Source: a virus
Taxonomy: Duplodnaviria; Heunggongvirae; Uroviricota; Caudoviricetes
Length of the DNA: 23,890 nucleotides
Direction: 5' to 3' (one strand)
Virus record (IMG/VR): IMGVR_UViG_2711768193_000009
Shown: positions 1-7,365 of the stretch, one piece after another
How the letters are laid out: each line of letters opens with the position of its first letter
Numbering within the stretch: the stretch's first letter is position 1
Notes under the pieces: model-generated
Told to the model about the DNA's origin: nothing
The model's input: the letters and a program-made list of their open reading frames with translations, nothing else
Database searches by the model: none
Program-made: the position numbers and the translations under genes

Positions 1-1
1 T

Positions 2-262
2 TATCCGAAGAAGCACCCGCCGATCGCAGACCGTGTTAACGCAGTGAACCGCATGTTGATGAGTGCCTCGGGCGAAACCCGGTTGTACATCGATCCGAAG
101 TGCAAACACCTCATCGACTCGCTGGAGAAGGTGATCTACAAGCCAGGCTCACGCGATATGGATAAGACTGGCGGCATCGAACACAGTGCGGATGCGTTGG
201 GTTATCCGGTTCATCGTAGGTATCCGGTGAAAAATCGTGTTATTCTTGGTGGATCTAGATAG
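2..262 (+). CDS. terL: Terminase large subunit, C-terminal RNase H-like nuclease end (5'-truncated by window)
   Basis: Frame is open from base 2: YPKKHPPIADRVNAVNRML...RLYIDPKCKHLIDSL...HSADALGY. This is the typical TerL C-terminal pattern (I.DR.N.V, C..LI, D/H..DAL.Y) and it lies directly before the portal gene. Confidence 0.85.
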   Translation, partial: YPKKHPPIADRVNAVNRMLMSASGETRLYIDPKCKHLIDSLEKVIYKPGSRDMDKTGGIEHSADALGYPVHRRYPVKNRVILGGSR

Positions 263-277
263 GTAAGTGCTTACCTA
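260..277. promoter_or_regulatory. 18-bp palindromic operator-like site 1 (perfect): TAGGTAAG-TG-CTTACCTA
   Basis: Perfect 8-bp inverted repeat with 2-bp spacer. It overlaps the terL stop codon and ends 19 bp before the portal ATG. Five related copies occur in the window. Confidence 0.7.
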
Positions 278-295
278 AAAGGAAAGGAAAAGCAA

Positions 296-1870
296 ATGGA
301 ATTGACTGACAAGCAAATCAAAGACCTTGTGGCACGACGCCACCCTGAATATGAGAAGAAAAAAGAACATTGGGACTTCCTCGCCAGCACCTACGCTGGC
401 GGGCGTGCCTGGTTCAACGACAATATCTTCCGTTACTTCAAAGAGGGCGATCAGGAGTTCAAAGAGCGCCTGGAACGCGCTTATCGCTTCAACCACACTC
501 GTGAAGTGGTAAACCTCATCAACAAATACCTCTTCAAAGAGGTCATTCACCGCAACACTGATGAAGCACCGGAGCAGATCCGCAATTTCTGGAAGCGAGC
601 CACGCGCCAGAACACCTCCATCGATGCGTTTATGGCGGCTATCGATCTGCAATCATCCATTTATGGCCGTATCTGGGTTGTCGTGGACAGCACCATGAAC
701 GTCGATGTTGAGTCTGTTGCAGACGAGAAGAAAAATGATGCGCGTGCCTACGCTTACTGGATTTCGCCGCAGCAGCTGCTTGATGTTGCCTGGGACGAAG
801 ACGGCAATATGTTGTGGGCGCTGATTGTTGAAATCGCGCGCGACGACGAAGATCCGTTCACGTCAACCGGGCAGGAATACCAGCGTTACCGTCTGTGGAC
901 GCAAAACGAGTGGCATCTGTTCCGTGAAGAAGTGAAGAAAGGTTCCGGAAATAGCGGTCGTCGTCAGGCCAAAGTCGTTCTGGAGGATAGCGGCCAGCAC
1001 AATCTGGGCGTGGTGCCGGTGTTTCCGGTGGACTGCATTGGCGAAAGCGAGTCTCCGTATTTCAGCCCGTCGTTGATTGACGATATCGCCTATCTTGACC
1101 GCGCCGTGGCCAACTACCTGTCTAACCTTGACGCGATTATTCAGGATCAGACATTCAGCCAGCTGGCGATCCCGGTTCAGTCATTGCTGCCTGGCGATGA
1201 AAACCACACCAAAGTGCTCGAAATGGGTACAAAACGCGTCTTCACCTTCGACTCTGAGAGCGGTAATCAGCCATTCTATCTGTCTCCAGACCCGAAACAG
1301 GCTCAGATGATCATCACCACGATTAAGACGGTCATTAACGAGATCTACCATTCCGTTGGTGTGGCAGGTGAGCGAACCAAGCAGGATAACGCACAGGGCA
1401 TCGATAACTCTTCTGGCGCAGCGAAGATGTACGACTTCCAGCGCGTTAACAGTCTGCTGGTGACAAAAGCAGAGCGCCTCGAAAGGGCAGAACGCCAGAT
1501 GATGCAGCTGGCAGCGAAATGGATGGGTGTCGAACTGGATGAAGACCACTCTCTGATCGCGTACCCGGAAAGTTTCGACATTCGCGGTCTGACTGACGAA
1601 TTTGCCGTTGCTGAGAAACTGTCTCTGCTCCAGGCGCCTGATTCTGTTCGTCGTCATCAGATGGAAATGCTCATCGAGAAGGTCTTCCCGAACATTTCCG
1701 AGGCGATGCAAAAGGAATTTCAAAAAGATCTCTTGAAATTTCCTCCAAAAAATGATCTTAACACCCTTGAAAATAAGTCAGCACTTACTTATGATCGAGA
1801 TACAGCCCAAGAAAGCGGGCAAGATCAACCCCGAGGGAATGGGGACTCATCTACTCAAGAGACCGAGTGA
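296..1870 (+). CDS. Portal protein
   Basis: 524 aa, located between TerL and scaffold/capsid. SPP1-gp6-like portal features (HPEY..., Y.GG, N...VVN, VPV..V, S.I.DIA.L.R...N..S, SG.AK..DF). AAGGA RBS upstream. Confidence 0.9.
   Translation: MELTDKQIKDLVARRHPEYEKKKEHWDFLASTYAGGRAWFNDNIFRYFKEGDQEFKERLERAYRFNHTREVVNLINKYLFKEVIHRNTDEAPEQIRNFWKRATRQNTSIDAFMAAIDLQSSIYGRIWVVVDSTMNVDVESVADEKKNDARAYAYWISPQQLLDVAWDEDGNMLWALIVEIARDDEDPFTSTGQEYQRYRLWTQNEWHLFREEVKKGSGNSGRRQAKVVLEDSGQHNLGVVPVFPVDCIGESESPYFSPSLIDDIAYLDRAVANYLSNLDAIIQDQTFSQLAIPVQSLLPGDENHTKVLEMGTKRVFTFDSESGNQPFYLSPDPKQAQMIITTIKTVINEIYHSVGVAGERTKQDNAQGIDNSSGAAKMYDFQRVNSLLVTKAERLERAERQMMQLAAKWMGVELDEDHSLIAYPESFDIRGLTDEFAVAEKLSLLQAPDSVRRHQMEMLIEKVFPNISEAMQKEFQKDLLKFPPKNDLNTLENKSALTYDRDTAQESGQDQPRGNGDSSTQETE
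1767..1795 (+). promoter_or_regulatory. Predicted sigma70-like promoter inside the portal 3' end (TTGAAA-17 bp-TATGAT)
   Basis: -35 TTGAAA at 1767-1772 and -10 TATGAT at 1790-1795, each 5/6 to consensus, with a 17-bp spacer. The surrounding region is AT-rich (28 G+C in 90 nt over 1711-1800) and lies ~100 bp upstream of the scaffold ATG. Confidence 0.6.
1774..1791. promoter_or_regulatory. Palindromic operator-like site 2: TAAGTCAG-CA-CTTACTTA
   Basis: One mismatch to the consensus. It fills the -35/-10 spacer of the predicted promoter. Confidence 0.65.
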
Positions 1871-1892
1871 TAAGTAACGAAAAGGAATTTCT

Positions 1893-2789
1893 ATGAATCT
1901 GTGGCAAATGCTTATGGCCCGTCGTGGCCTGATGGATGTAGCTGAAGCGCATGAGCGTGGAGGCGCTGGTGGCGGTGCTCCTGCTGGAGACAATGAGCAG
2001 GGCAATCAAGACCCAGGCAAACAGGGCGAGCAAAAAGAGCAACCGAAGGGTGACGACGACGAGTATGCCGGTATGACTCAGGAAGAGTTGCTGGCAGAAC
2101 TGCGTAAGTCCAAGAAAGCCGGTGCTGACCTGCTGAAAGAGAACATGAAGCGCAAGGAGAAAGAGCGCACATTAGCCGATCAGCTGGCTCAGTACGGTGA
2201 TATTGACCCGGCGCGTGCTCGCCAGCTTCTCGAAGCTGAACAAGCCGCAGAAACCGCACGTCGGGAGGCGGAGCAGGCTGAACTGGAACGCCGTGGTGAG
2301 TTCGATGCTGTGAAAAAGCAGATGATCGAAGCGCACCAGGCTGAACTGGCACAGCGCGACGAACGCTACTCCGCTCTGGAGAGCGAGAATGCCGCACTGA
2401 AGGCTCAACTGGTCGAAATGACTGTTGGCGCTTCCTTCAGCGGCTCTGCCTTCCTGCGTGACAAAGTTCTGATGACTCCGGCTAAGGCTCGCGTTATCTA
2501 CGGCTCTCATTTCGAAGTGGGTGAAGACGGTAGTGTTGTGGGCTTTGATAAGCCAGCCGGTCAGAAAGAACGTGCAGTTCTGGTTGACGGTGAAGGCAAA
2601 CCGTTACCGTTCGAATCCGCGATTGAGCGCATTCTGCGTGCAGATCCGGAAGCTGACGCACTGTTGCGCAGCGAAGCCAAGCAGGGTGCTGGTTCCAATA
2701 GCAAACCGACCCACAAAGTAAACCAGCCGAAGAGCAAGTCGACTATGGATAAGTTGACCTCCGGTCTGGGGAAAATCGGACTCAAGTAA
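1893..2789 (+). CDS. Capsid scaffolding protein
   Basis: 298 aa between portal and capsid. Low-complexity N-terminus, long charged coiled-coil (E/K/A/Q-rich), short basic C-terminal helix (KLTSGLGKIGLK). Confidence 0.75.
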   Translation: MNLWQMLMARRGLMDVAEAHERGGAGGGAPAGDNEQGNQDPGKQGEQKEQPKGDDDEYAGMTQEELLAELRKSKKAGADLLKENMKRKEKERTLADQLAQYGDIDPARARQLLEAEQAAETARREAEQAELERRGEFDAVKKQMIEAHQAELAQRDERYSALESENAALKAQLVEMTVGASFSGSAFLRDKVLMTPAKARVIYGSHFEVGEDGSVVGFDKPAGQKERAVLVDGEGKPLPFESAIERILRADPEADALLRSEAKQGAGSNSKPTHKVNQPKSKSTMDKLTSGLGKIGLK

Positions 2790-2815
2790 CATCTTAAATC
2801 ATAGGGAAATGAAAG

Positions 2816-3691
2816 ATGCCATTACTGCGTGATGAAGCTGAAAAGCTGTCTAACAACGAACTTGAGCAGGGTGTGATCGAGACCATCATCGATCGCGATG
2901 ACCTGTTCGCTGTTCTGCCTTTCATGAAGATTAATTCTAAGGCATACCTCTACAACCGCGAAGCTACCCTGAGCGAAGCAACCTTCATCGATGTGAACGA
3001 CACCATCACCGAAGGCGCTGCAACCTTCACCGAACATGTTGCGAAGCTGCGTATCCTGGCAGGCGACGTAGACGTCGACAAATTCCTGGCGACCACTATG
3101 TCCGACACCAACAACCAGCTGGCAATCCAGGTTCGTCAGAAGGTGAAAGGTCTGGCTCGCGCATTCCGCCGCAACCTGATTCTGGGCGACTCCAGCACCA
3201 ACACCAAAGCGTTCGACGGCATTCCGAAGCTGATGCACGACGATCAGAAGATCGACATCGAAGGCGCTTCCATGACCTTCTCCATGTTCGACGAGCTGGT
3301 CGACGCGGTGAAAGATCTGGGCGCAGACTGCATCATGATGCGTTCCGAGCACCTGCGTGCTTATCGCGCTCTGCTGCGTACCGTTAGCCTCGGCCCGTCC
3401 GAAATCATGATGGAAAACTTCGGTCGTCCGATGCTGTGCCACAACGGTGTACCGTTCATCGTGAACGACTTCATCCCGACTGATTCTGGCAAAGCAAGCA
3501 TCTACTGCCTGCACCTGTCCGAAGAGAACGGTGTGACTGGTCTGTATGGCGGTGAAAACGCCGGTATCGTTGTTGAGAACATCGGTACTGTTCAGAACAA
3601 AGACGCAACTCGTACCCGCGTTAAGTGGTACTGCTCTCTGGCGAACAAGCACGACAAGGCTATCGCCGCGCTGACCAACGTAAAAATTTGA
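2816..3691 (+). CDS. Major capsid protein (HK97 fold)
   Basis: 291 aa after the scaffold, with strong high-expression codon bias. HK97-type motifs: L...LPF..I....Y.YNRE, GD.DVD.FL, FDGI.KL, GVPFIVNDFIP. Followed by a terminator. Confidence 0.9.
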   Translation: MPLLRDEAEKLSNNELEQGVIETIIDRDDLFAVLPFMKINSKAYLYNREATLSEATFIDVNDTITEGAATFTEHVAKLRILAGDVDVDKFLATTMSDTNNQLAIQVRQKVKGLARAFRRNLILGDSSTNTKAFDGIPKLMHDDQKIDIEGASMTFSMFDELVDAVKDLGADCIMMRSEHLRAYRALLRTVSLGPSEIMMENFGRPMLCHNGVPFIVNDFIPTDSGKASIYCLHLSEENGVTGLYGGENAGIVVENIGTVQNKDATRTRVKWYCSLANKHDKAIAALTNVKI

Positions 3692-3700
3692 TCAGTATAG

Positions 3701-3718
3701 TAGGTAAGTAATTATCTA
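3701..3718. promoter_or_regulatory. Palindromic operator-like site 3: TAGGTAAG-TA-ATTATCTA
   Basis: Perfect left half, two mismatches in the right half. Intergenic, between the capsid stop and the Ig-protein gene. Confidence 0.6.
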
Positions 3719-3724
3719 CCGTTT

Positions 3725-3752
3725 AAGGGTGGGCTATACGCCCACCCTTTTT
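3725..3752 (+). terminator. Rho-independent terminator-like hairpin after the capsid gene
   Basis: AAGGGTGGGC-TATAC-GCCCACCCTT is a 10-bp perfect stem followed by a T run (3748-3752). Confidence 0.75.
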
Positions 3753-3765
3753 GTAGGAGCGAGAA

Positions 3766-4689
3766 ATGCCAGAACAAAAGATGAAGATCACGGAAGAGGC
3801 GTTTGCGGATTTCACGGGGCATATGTGCCGTGCCGGATTCACCAATTCCATCTCCAACGAGCCTCTGAGCGAGCGCCAGCAGAACCATCTTGCGGCTTGC
3901 TTCCGGGCAATTCCGTTCACTCAGTCTGTCACCATTACACCGGCTGCGCCGTCCGTATTGGTGGGCAAAACCGTTCAACTTAGTGCAGGTATCACTATGA
4001 GTAAAAGCGCAGATTCATTCACCTGGACGTCGGCCAATGACCAGGTCGCCACAGTCAGCGGTACGGGTCTGGTTACTGGCGTGACTCCGGGTAAAGTGAA
4101 GATCACCGCCACCGATAAGCAGACTCAGCTTTCTGCGTCAGTCGAAGTGACCGTTAAGCCTGTCAGCGTGGAGTCCGTTACGGTAACGCCAGACTCTACC
4201 TCTGTTGAGAAGGGGAAATCGGTCAAGTTGCGCGTTGATGTACAACCGTCAAACGCAACCAATAAAAGAGTCACCTGGACTTCCAAAAATAGCGACAAAG
4301 CGACCGTTGACCAGAACGGTAACGTAGCTGGCGTAGCCGTTGGTACGGCAACCATTGAAGTGGTTTCGCAGGATGGCAGCCATAAAGCTACTGCTACGGT
4401 TGAAGTCACTGAGCCTGTCGTTGCTGTTACTGGCGTCTCTGTCGATCCGAGCACCACCAGCGTTGAAGCCAACAAAACGGTACAGCTGACCGCGAACATC
4501 GAACCGGCTGGCGCAACCAATAAGCGCGTAACCTGGGCGTCAAAAAATGCCGAGTTCGCGACGGTTGATAGCGCAACTGGACTTGTGACCGGTGTGGCTG
4601 CAGGTACTGCCACTATCGAAGTCACCACGGAAGACGGTAGCCACAAAGCCACTGCGACCGTTGAAGTGACCGCAGCACCGGCTGCGTAA
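3766..4689 (+). CDS. Ig-like (Big_2) domain virion protein with three Ig domains; probable capsid decoration/accessory protein
   Basis: ~50-aa N-terminal domain followed by three repeats with the Big_2 signature (V.V.P...., V.L.A, VTW.S.N...ATV...G.V.GV..G...I). AGGAG RBS at 3755. Confidence 0.85.
   Translation: MPEQKMKITEEAFADFTGHMCRAGFTNSISNEPLSERQQNHLAACFRAIPFTQSVTITPAAPSVLVGKTVQLSAGITMSKSADSFTWTSANDQVATVSGTGLVTGVTPGKVKITATDKQTQLSASVEVTVKPVSVESVTVTPDSTSVEKGKSVKLRVDVQPSNATNKRVTWTSKNSDKATVDQNGNVAGVAVGTATIEVVSQDGSHKATATVEVTEPVVAVTGVSVDPSTTSVEANKTVQLTANIEPAGATNKRVTWASKNAEFATVDSATGLVTGVAAGTATIEVTTEDGSHKATATVEVTAAPAA
4162..4671 (+). repeat. Tandem duplication of Ig domains 2 (4162-4410) and 3 (4420-4671)
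   Basis: Manual alignment gives about 53/84 identical residues, including ATNKRVTW.SKN and GTATIEV...DGSHKATATVEVT. Confidence 0.85.
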
Positions 4690-4696
4690 CCAACAC

Positions 4697-4717
4697 ATGG
4701 GCGGCGATGCCGCCCAT
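4697..4717. terminator. GC-rich hairpin without a clear U-tract (attenuator or mRNA stabiliser)
   Basis: ATGGGCGGC-GAT-GCCGCCCAT is a perfect 9-bp stem, intergenic. Confidence 0.45.
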
Positions 4718-4732
4718 TAAGTGAGAAGAAGA

Positions 4733-5167
4733 ATGAAACCAGCAAAAATTCGTTTATTGGAGCCTCAATTTTTGGGGTACACGGGCATTCTCTGCGGTAT
4801 CCAGTTTGTCGACGGCATCTCGGTTGCCGAACTGCCATTCATCGATCAGCAGCGGATTTGTGCCTCCATGCGTGCCACTACCGTTGAAGGCAAAAATGTA
4901 TCTCCTTCTGCCGCGTACAGCAGCCGCAATGATTTGACTGCGGACGACATTGTCGAGACGGCGGCCCCGGATATTGTGCCAATGAAACGTGGTACGGCTG
5001 AAGTGGAAGCCAAACCGGTACAACGCTTCACTCGTGAAGAACTGGAGTCGATTGCGGACTGTGAAGGTATTGCGGGTCTGCGTCAGATCGGCAACCAGAT
5101 TGGCGTGAAAGCCAAAGGCATCGTTGAAATGATCGAAGGCATCCTGAAAGCACAGGGCGGTGAGTAA
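4733..5167 (+). CDS. Conserved phage protein, 144 aa; N-terminal domain paralogous to the Ig protein, small helical C-terminal domain
   Basis: ATG at 4733 is preferred over GTG 4721 because it aligns from residue 1 with the upstream protein. The stop overlaps the next ATG (TAATG). Confidence 0.75.
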   Translation: MKPAKIRLLEPQFLGYTGILCGIQFVDGISVAELPFIDQQRICASMRATTVEGKNVSPSAAYSSRNDLTADDIVETAAPDIVPMKRGTAEVEAKPVQRFTREELESIADCEGIAGLRQIGNQIGVKAKGIVEMIEGILKAQGGE

Positions 5168-6000
5168 TGGCGCAGATCGACACGTACCGTAGCGGGGAAG
5201 CAGTTTCCCTGTCGTTTGCATTTAACGTTCTGGATATTGAGTCGGCCACGTATACCGTCAGAGATGGCGCTGGTGCGATCATCGTCGATAGCGAACCTCT
5301 CGATATTACTGAGGGGCAGATGTCCATTCCGGTTGTCGTGTCGGCCGAACACAACCTGCTTTCAGATAAAGAGCGCGATCTGCGACACGTCATTGTCAAA
5401 GCGGTGGCATCCGGGCTGACGCATGAAGAGCGCAAGATGTACGTTCTGCTGAATAGCTTCGAGCTGTCAATTCCAGGCCAGTCATTCGCAACGGTCGCAG
5501 ACGCCCAGATGCAAGCTATCGATATGCTGAACGGCGACACTCTGTTAGCTGATGGCGAAGGGCTGATGCGCAAACGTCTCATTGAGGCCACCAGACGCGT
5601 CAAAACGCTTCCGTTCTCAATCCGCAAAGTCCTGCGTATCGACTTCGACCGGTACGACCGCCCGCAAAACATGCTGAACGTCTATGACATTCCGTGGGGC
5701 GCTGACGGGGCATATCGTCACGATCTGATCGATTGGGAGCAGATGACGCCGGAGAAATTCGACGAGTTCCCGGACTACTTCAAACAGGCATTAATGCTGG
5801 CCGTGGTTAATGAAGCCTGCGAAATCGCTAACGGTAATGACGTAGCGGCAGCCCGCGAGGACGGCATTCTGTCTGAGTCCATTGGTGAAACGACCAATAT
5901 GTACCGCACCGGCAAAGCGGCAAATGTGCATGTGGCTCGCAGTACCTGGCGACTGCTGGTCAGTTACATCAATAACCGCATGATTGTTCGCCGTGCGTAA
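5167..6000 (+). CDS. Putative head-tail adaptor/connector protein
   Basis: 277 aa. Position fits, and the C-terminal part has the adaptor pattern (L..ATR.V..L...; ..KQA....V.NEAC.IA.G; SESIGETT..YR). Translationally coupled to the upstream gene. Confidence 0.6.
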   Translation: MAQIDTYRSGEAVSLSFAFNVLDIESATYTVRDGAGAIIVDSEPLDITEGQMSIPVVVSAEHNLLSDKERDLRHVIVKAVASGLTHEERKMYVLLNSFELSIPGQSFATVADAQMQAIDMLNGDTLLADGEGLMRKRLIEATRRVKTLPFSIRKVLRIDFDRYDRPQNMLNVYDIPWGADGAYRHDLIDWEQMTPEKFDEFPDYFKQALMLAVVNEACEIANGNDVAAAREDGILSESIGETTNMYRTGKAANVHVARSTWRLLVSYINNRMIVRRA

Positions 6001-6097
6001 CGCCAGTCGCATTATTTACTTCTGGTCGAAAGGCTCAAGACGAGCAATCGCGCCTTCGCCTGGTAATGAGTGCGGCTGCCAACCACAGGGAGAGTGC

Positions 6098-6442
6098 ATG
6101 AACATTTCATGGCAAGCAGAGATAGCGATTTACCGTCTGGGTTCGAAGAACGTCTACGGTGAAGCGCAGTTGCAGTTCGTCAGGAAGACGAACGTCGGCG
6201 TCGTTAAGTTTGAGCAAAGTAACGAGAAGTCATCGGTACGTGCGGACAGCTCCGGCAGTCGCGGTAAAGCGAATCTGGAATTGTTCGATGCTGTTCTGGT
6301 GATCCCACTTGAGGCCGCAGTGCAGCTTGATGACGTTCTCATTCTGGAGGGGCAAAAGCTGAAGGTATCCAGCGTGCATCGTCGCTGGGGACTGCGTGGG
6401 CGCCCAGGGCATCTGGAAGTAGGGGCAAACATATGGGTCTGA
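6098..6442 (+). CDS. Putative head closure (stopper) protein
   Basis: 114 aa, beta-rich (N.YGE, D.L.LEGQ.LKV.SV), located after the adaptor. AGGGAG RBS at 6087-6092 supports ATG 6098 over the TTG 5984 start in the ORF track. Confidence 0.6.
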   Translation: MNISWQAEIAIYRLGSKNVYGEAQLQFVRKTNVGVVKFEQSNEKSSVRADSSGSRGKANLELFDAVLVIPLEAAVQLDDVLILEGQKLKVSSVHRRWGLRGRPGHLEVGANIWV

Positions 6443-6906
6443 AGTACGACGCGCATCAGTTTAAGCGTGCTGGCGACAGGCTCAATAACAGCCAGAAAGC
6501 CTTTAAGCGTTATCTCATCCGTGACATGGAGAAACTGGCGCGTCTGGTTGAGCGTCTGGCGCGGGCAATGGCCCCGCTGGAGACTGGCTCACTCGAAAGC
6601 GCGATCTTCGCGAGAGTGGTCAAAGAAGGCTATACCGGGCTGCGTATTGAGTTATCGGTATCTGGGGCAAAACCACGCGAAGGGCATCCGGGCGTTGAGG
6701 TTGGCGATTATGCGGAGTACATGGAGTTGGGCAAGTATCGTCTCGGCTATCTCTCCCGCATGAAGAGCGTCACCAACCCGCCAGTCGCTGGTGTGAAGCC
6801 ACGAGTTGGGCCTTTGTTCCTTGAGAGAGCCGTGCAGATCAGTGAGAAGCAGTTCACTCAGACGATAGCAGAAGCGGCAAGGAAAGCAGGTTTTACGAGA
6901 GGTTGA
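6433..6906 (+). CDS. Neck/tail-completion protein (HK97 gp10-like)
   Basis: 157 aa with AP.ETG.L..AI, YAEYMELG and P.FLERA motifs typical of HK97-gp10-like proteins. Confidence 0.7.
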   Translation: MGLKYDAHQFKRAGDRLNNSQKAFKRYLIRDMEKLARLVERLARAMAPLETGSLESAIFARVVKEGYTGLRIELSVSGAKPREGHPGVEVGDYAEYMELGKYRLGYLSRMKSVTNPPVAGVKPRVGPLFLERAVQISEKQFTQTIAEAARKAGFTRG

Positions 6907-6907
6907 T

Positions 6908-7291
6908 GTGTTTATTGAAGCATTTGCGAGCCTGATGCAGAAGGCGAAGATCGGTACAGTCGGCACTGACATTTTCTGTCACTACATGCCAGCCAATGTG
7001 AAGTCCGGTGTTCTGTTGGTTACTCCCAATACGGGGATCACCATTGACCATGAGTTAAAAGGCTTCTATCACGACTCTTTCACCGTCATCGTGCGTAATG
7101 CGACGATCACAAAGGCGGTGGCGAAAGCCAATAAGATCATGGACATGTTCCCGGTCGAAGAAACCGTGTCGGAGGGCGTTTACTTCCGGTTGGTTCGGCC
7201 AATGTCGATGCCGATTACTTATCCCAAAAACGAAGGTTCGTTGATTGAAGCGGGTATCCCGATTGAATTTGCGGGCTATTTGTTGAATTAA
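6908..7291 (+). CDS. Putative tail terminator protein
   Basis: 127 aa, GTG start, last gene before the tail tube gene. G.D.F...MP and F.V.VR pattern of minor capsid/tail terminator families. Confidence 0.6.
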   Translation: MFIEAFASLMQKAKIGTVGTDIFCHYMPANVKSGVLLVTPNTGITIDHELKGFYHDSFTVIVRNATITKAVAKANKIMDMFPVEETVSEGVYFRLVRPMSMPITYPKNEGSLIEAGIPIEFAGYLLN

Positions 7292-7296
7292 TAAAA

Positions 7297-7314
7297 TAAG
7301 TAAGTATATACTTA
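7297..7314. promoter_or_regulatory. Palindromic operator-like site 4: TAAGTAAG-TA-TATACTTA
   Basis: Perfect left half. Nested in the self-complementary 16-mer GTAAGTATATACTTAC (7300-7315). Upstream of the tail tube gene. Confidence 0.6.
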
Positions 7315-7316
7315 CC

Positions 7317-7339
7317 ATTGGCACCATGAAGGTGCTGAT
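7317..7339 (+). other. Hairpin downstream of site 4
   Basis: ATTGGCACC-ATGAA-GGTGCTGAT: 9-bp stem with two G-U pairs, followed by TT. Confidence 0.4.
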
Positions 7340-7365
7340 TTAACGGAAAAAGGAGTTTTCCAACA

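Noticed and set aside
1871-1878. Half-site-like TAAGTAAC right after the portal stop
   Set aside because: No partner half-site; it may just be tandem backup stop codons.
2783-2800. CAAGTAAC-AT-CTTAAATC before the capsid gene
   Set aside because: Only 11/16 match to consensus, neither half is perfect, and the spacer is not YR.
2822-3652. 276-aa minus-strand ORF opposite the capsid gene; similar long antisense ORFs at 4125-4838, 5028-5672, 7312-8172, 9171-9977, 21480-22349 and 22354-23220
   Set aside because: These are shadow ORFs produced by the codon bias or low complexity of genuine plus-strand genes. They have no recognisable motifs, and I saw no supporting RBS.
3680-3766. Possible capsid-Ig fusion by read-through or frameshift at GTA AAA ATT TGA
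   Set aside because: All three frames hit stops within ~25 nt (TAG 3698, TAA 3709, TAA 3705), and a terminator and a separate RBS intervene.
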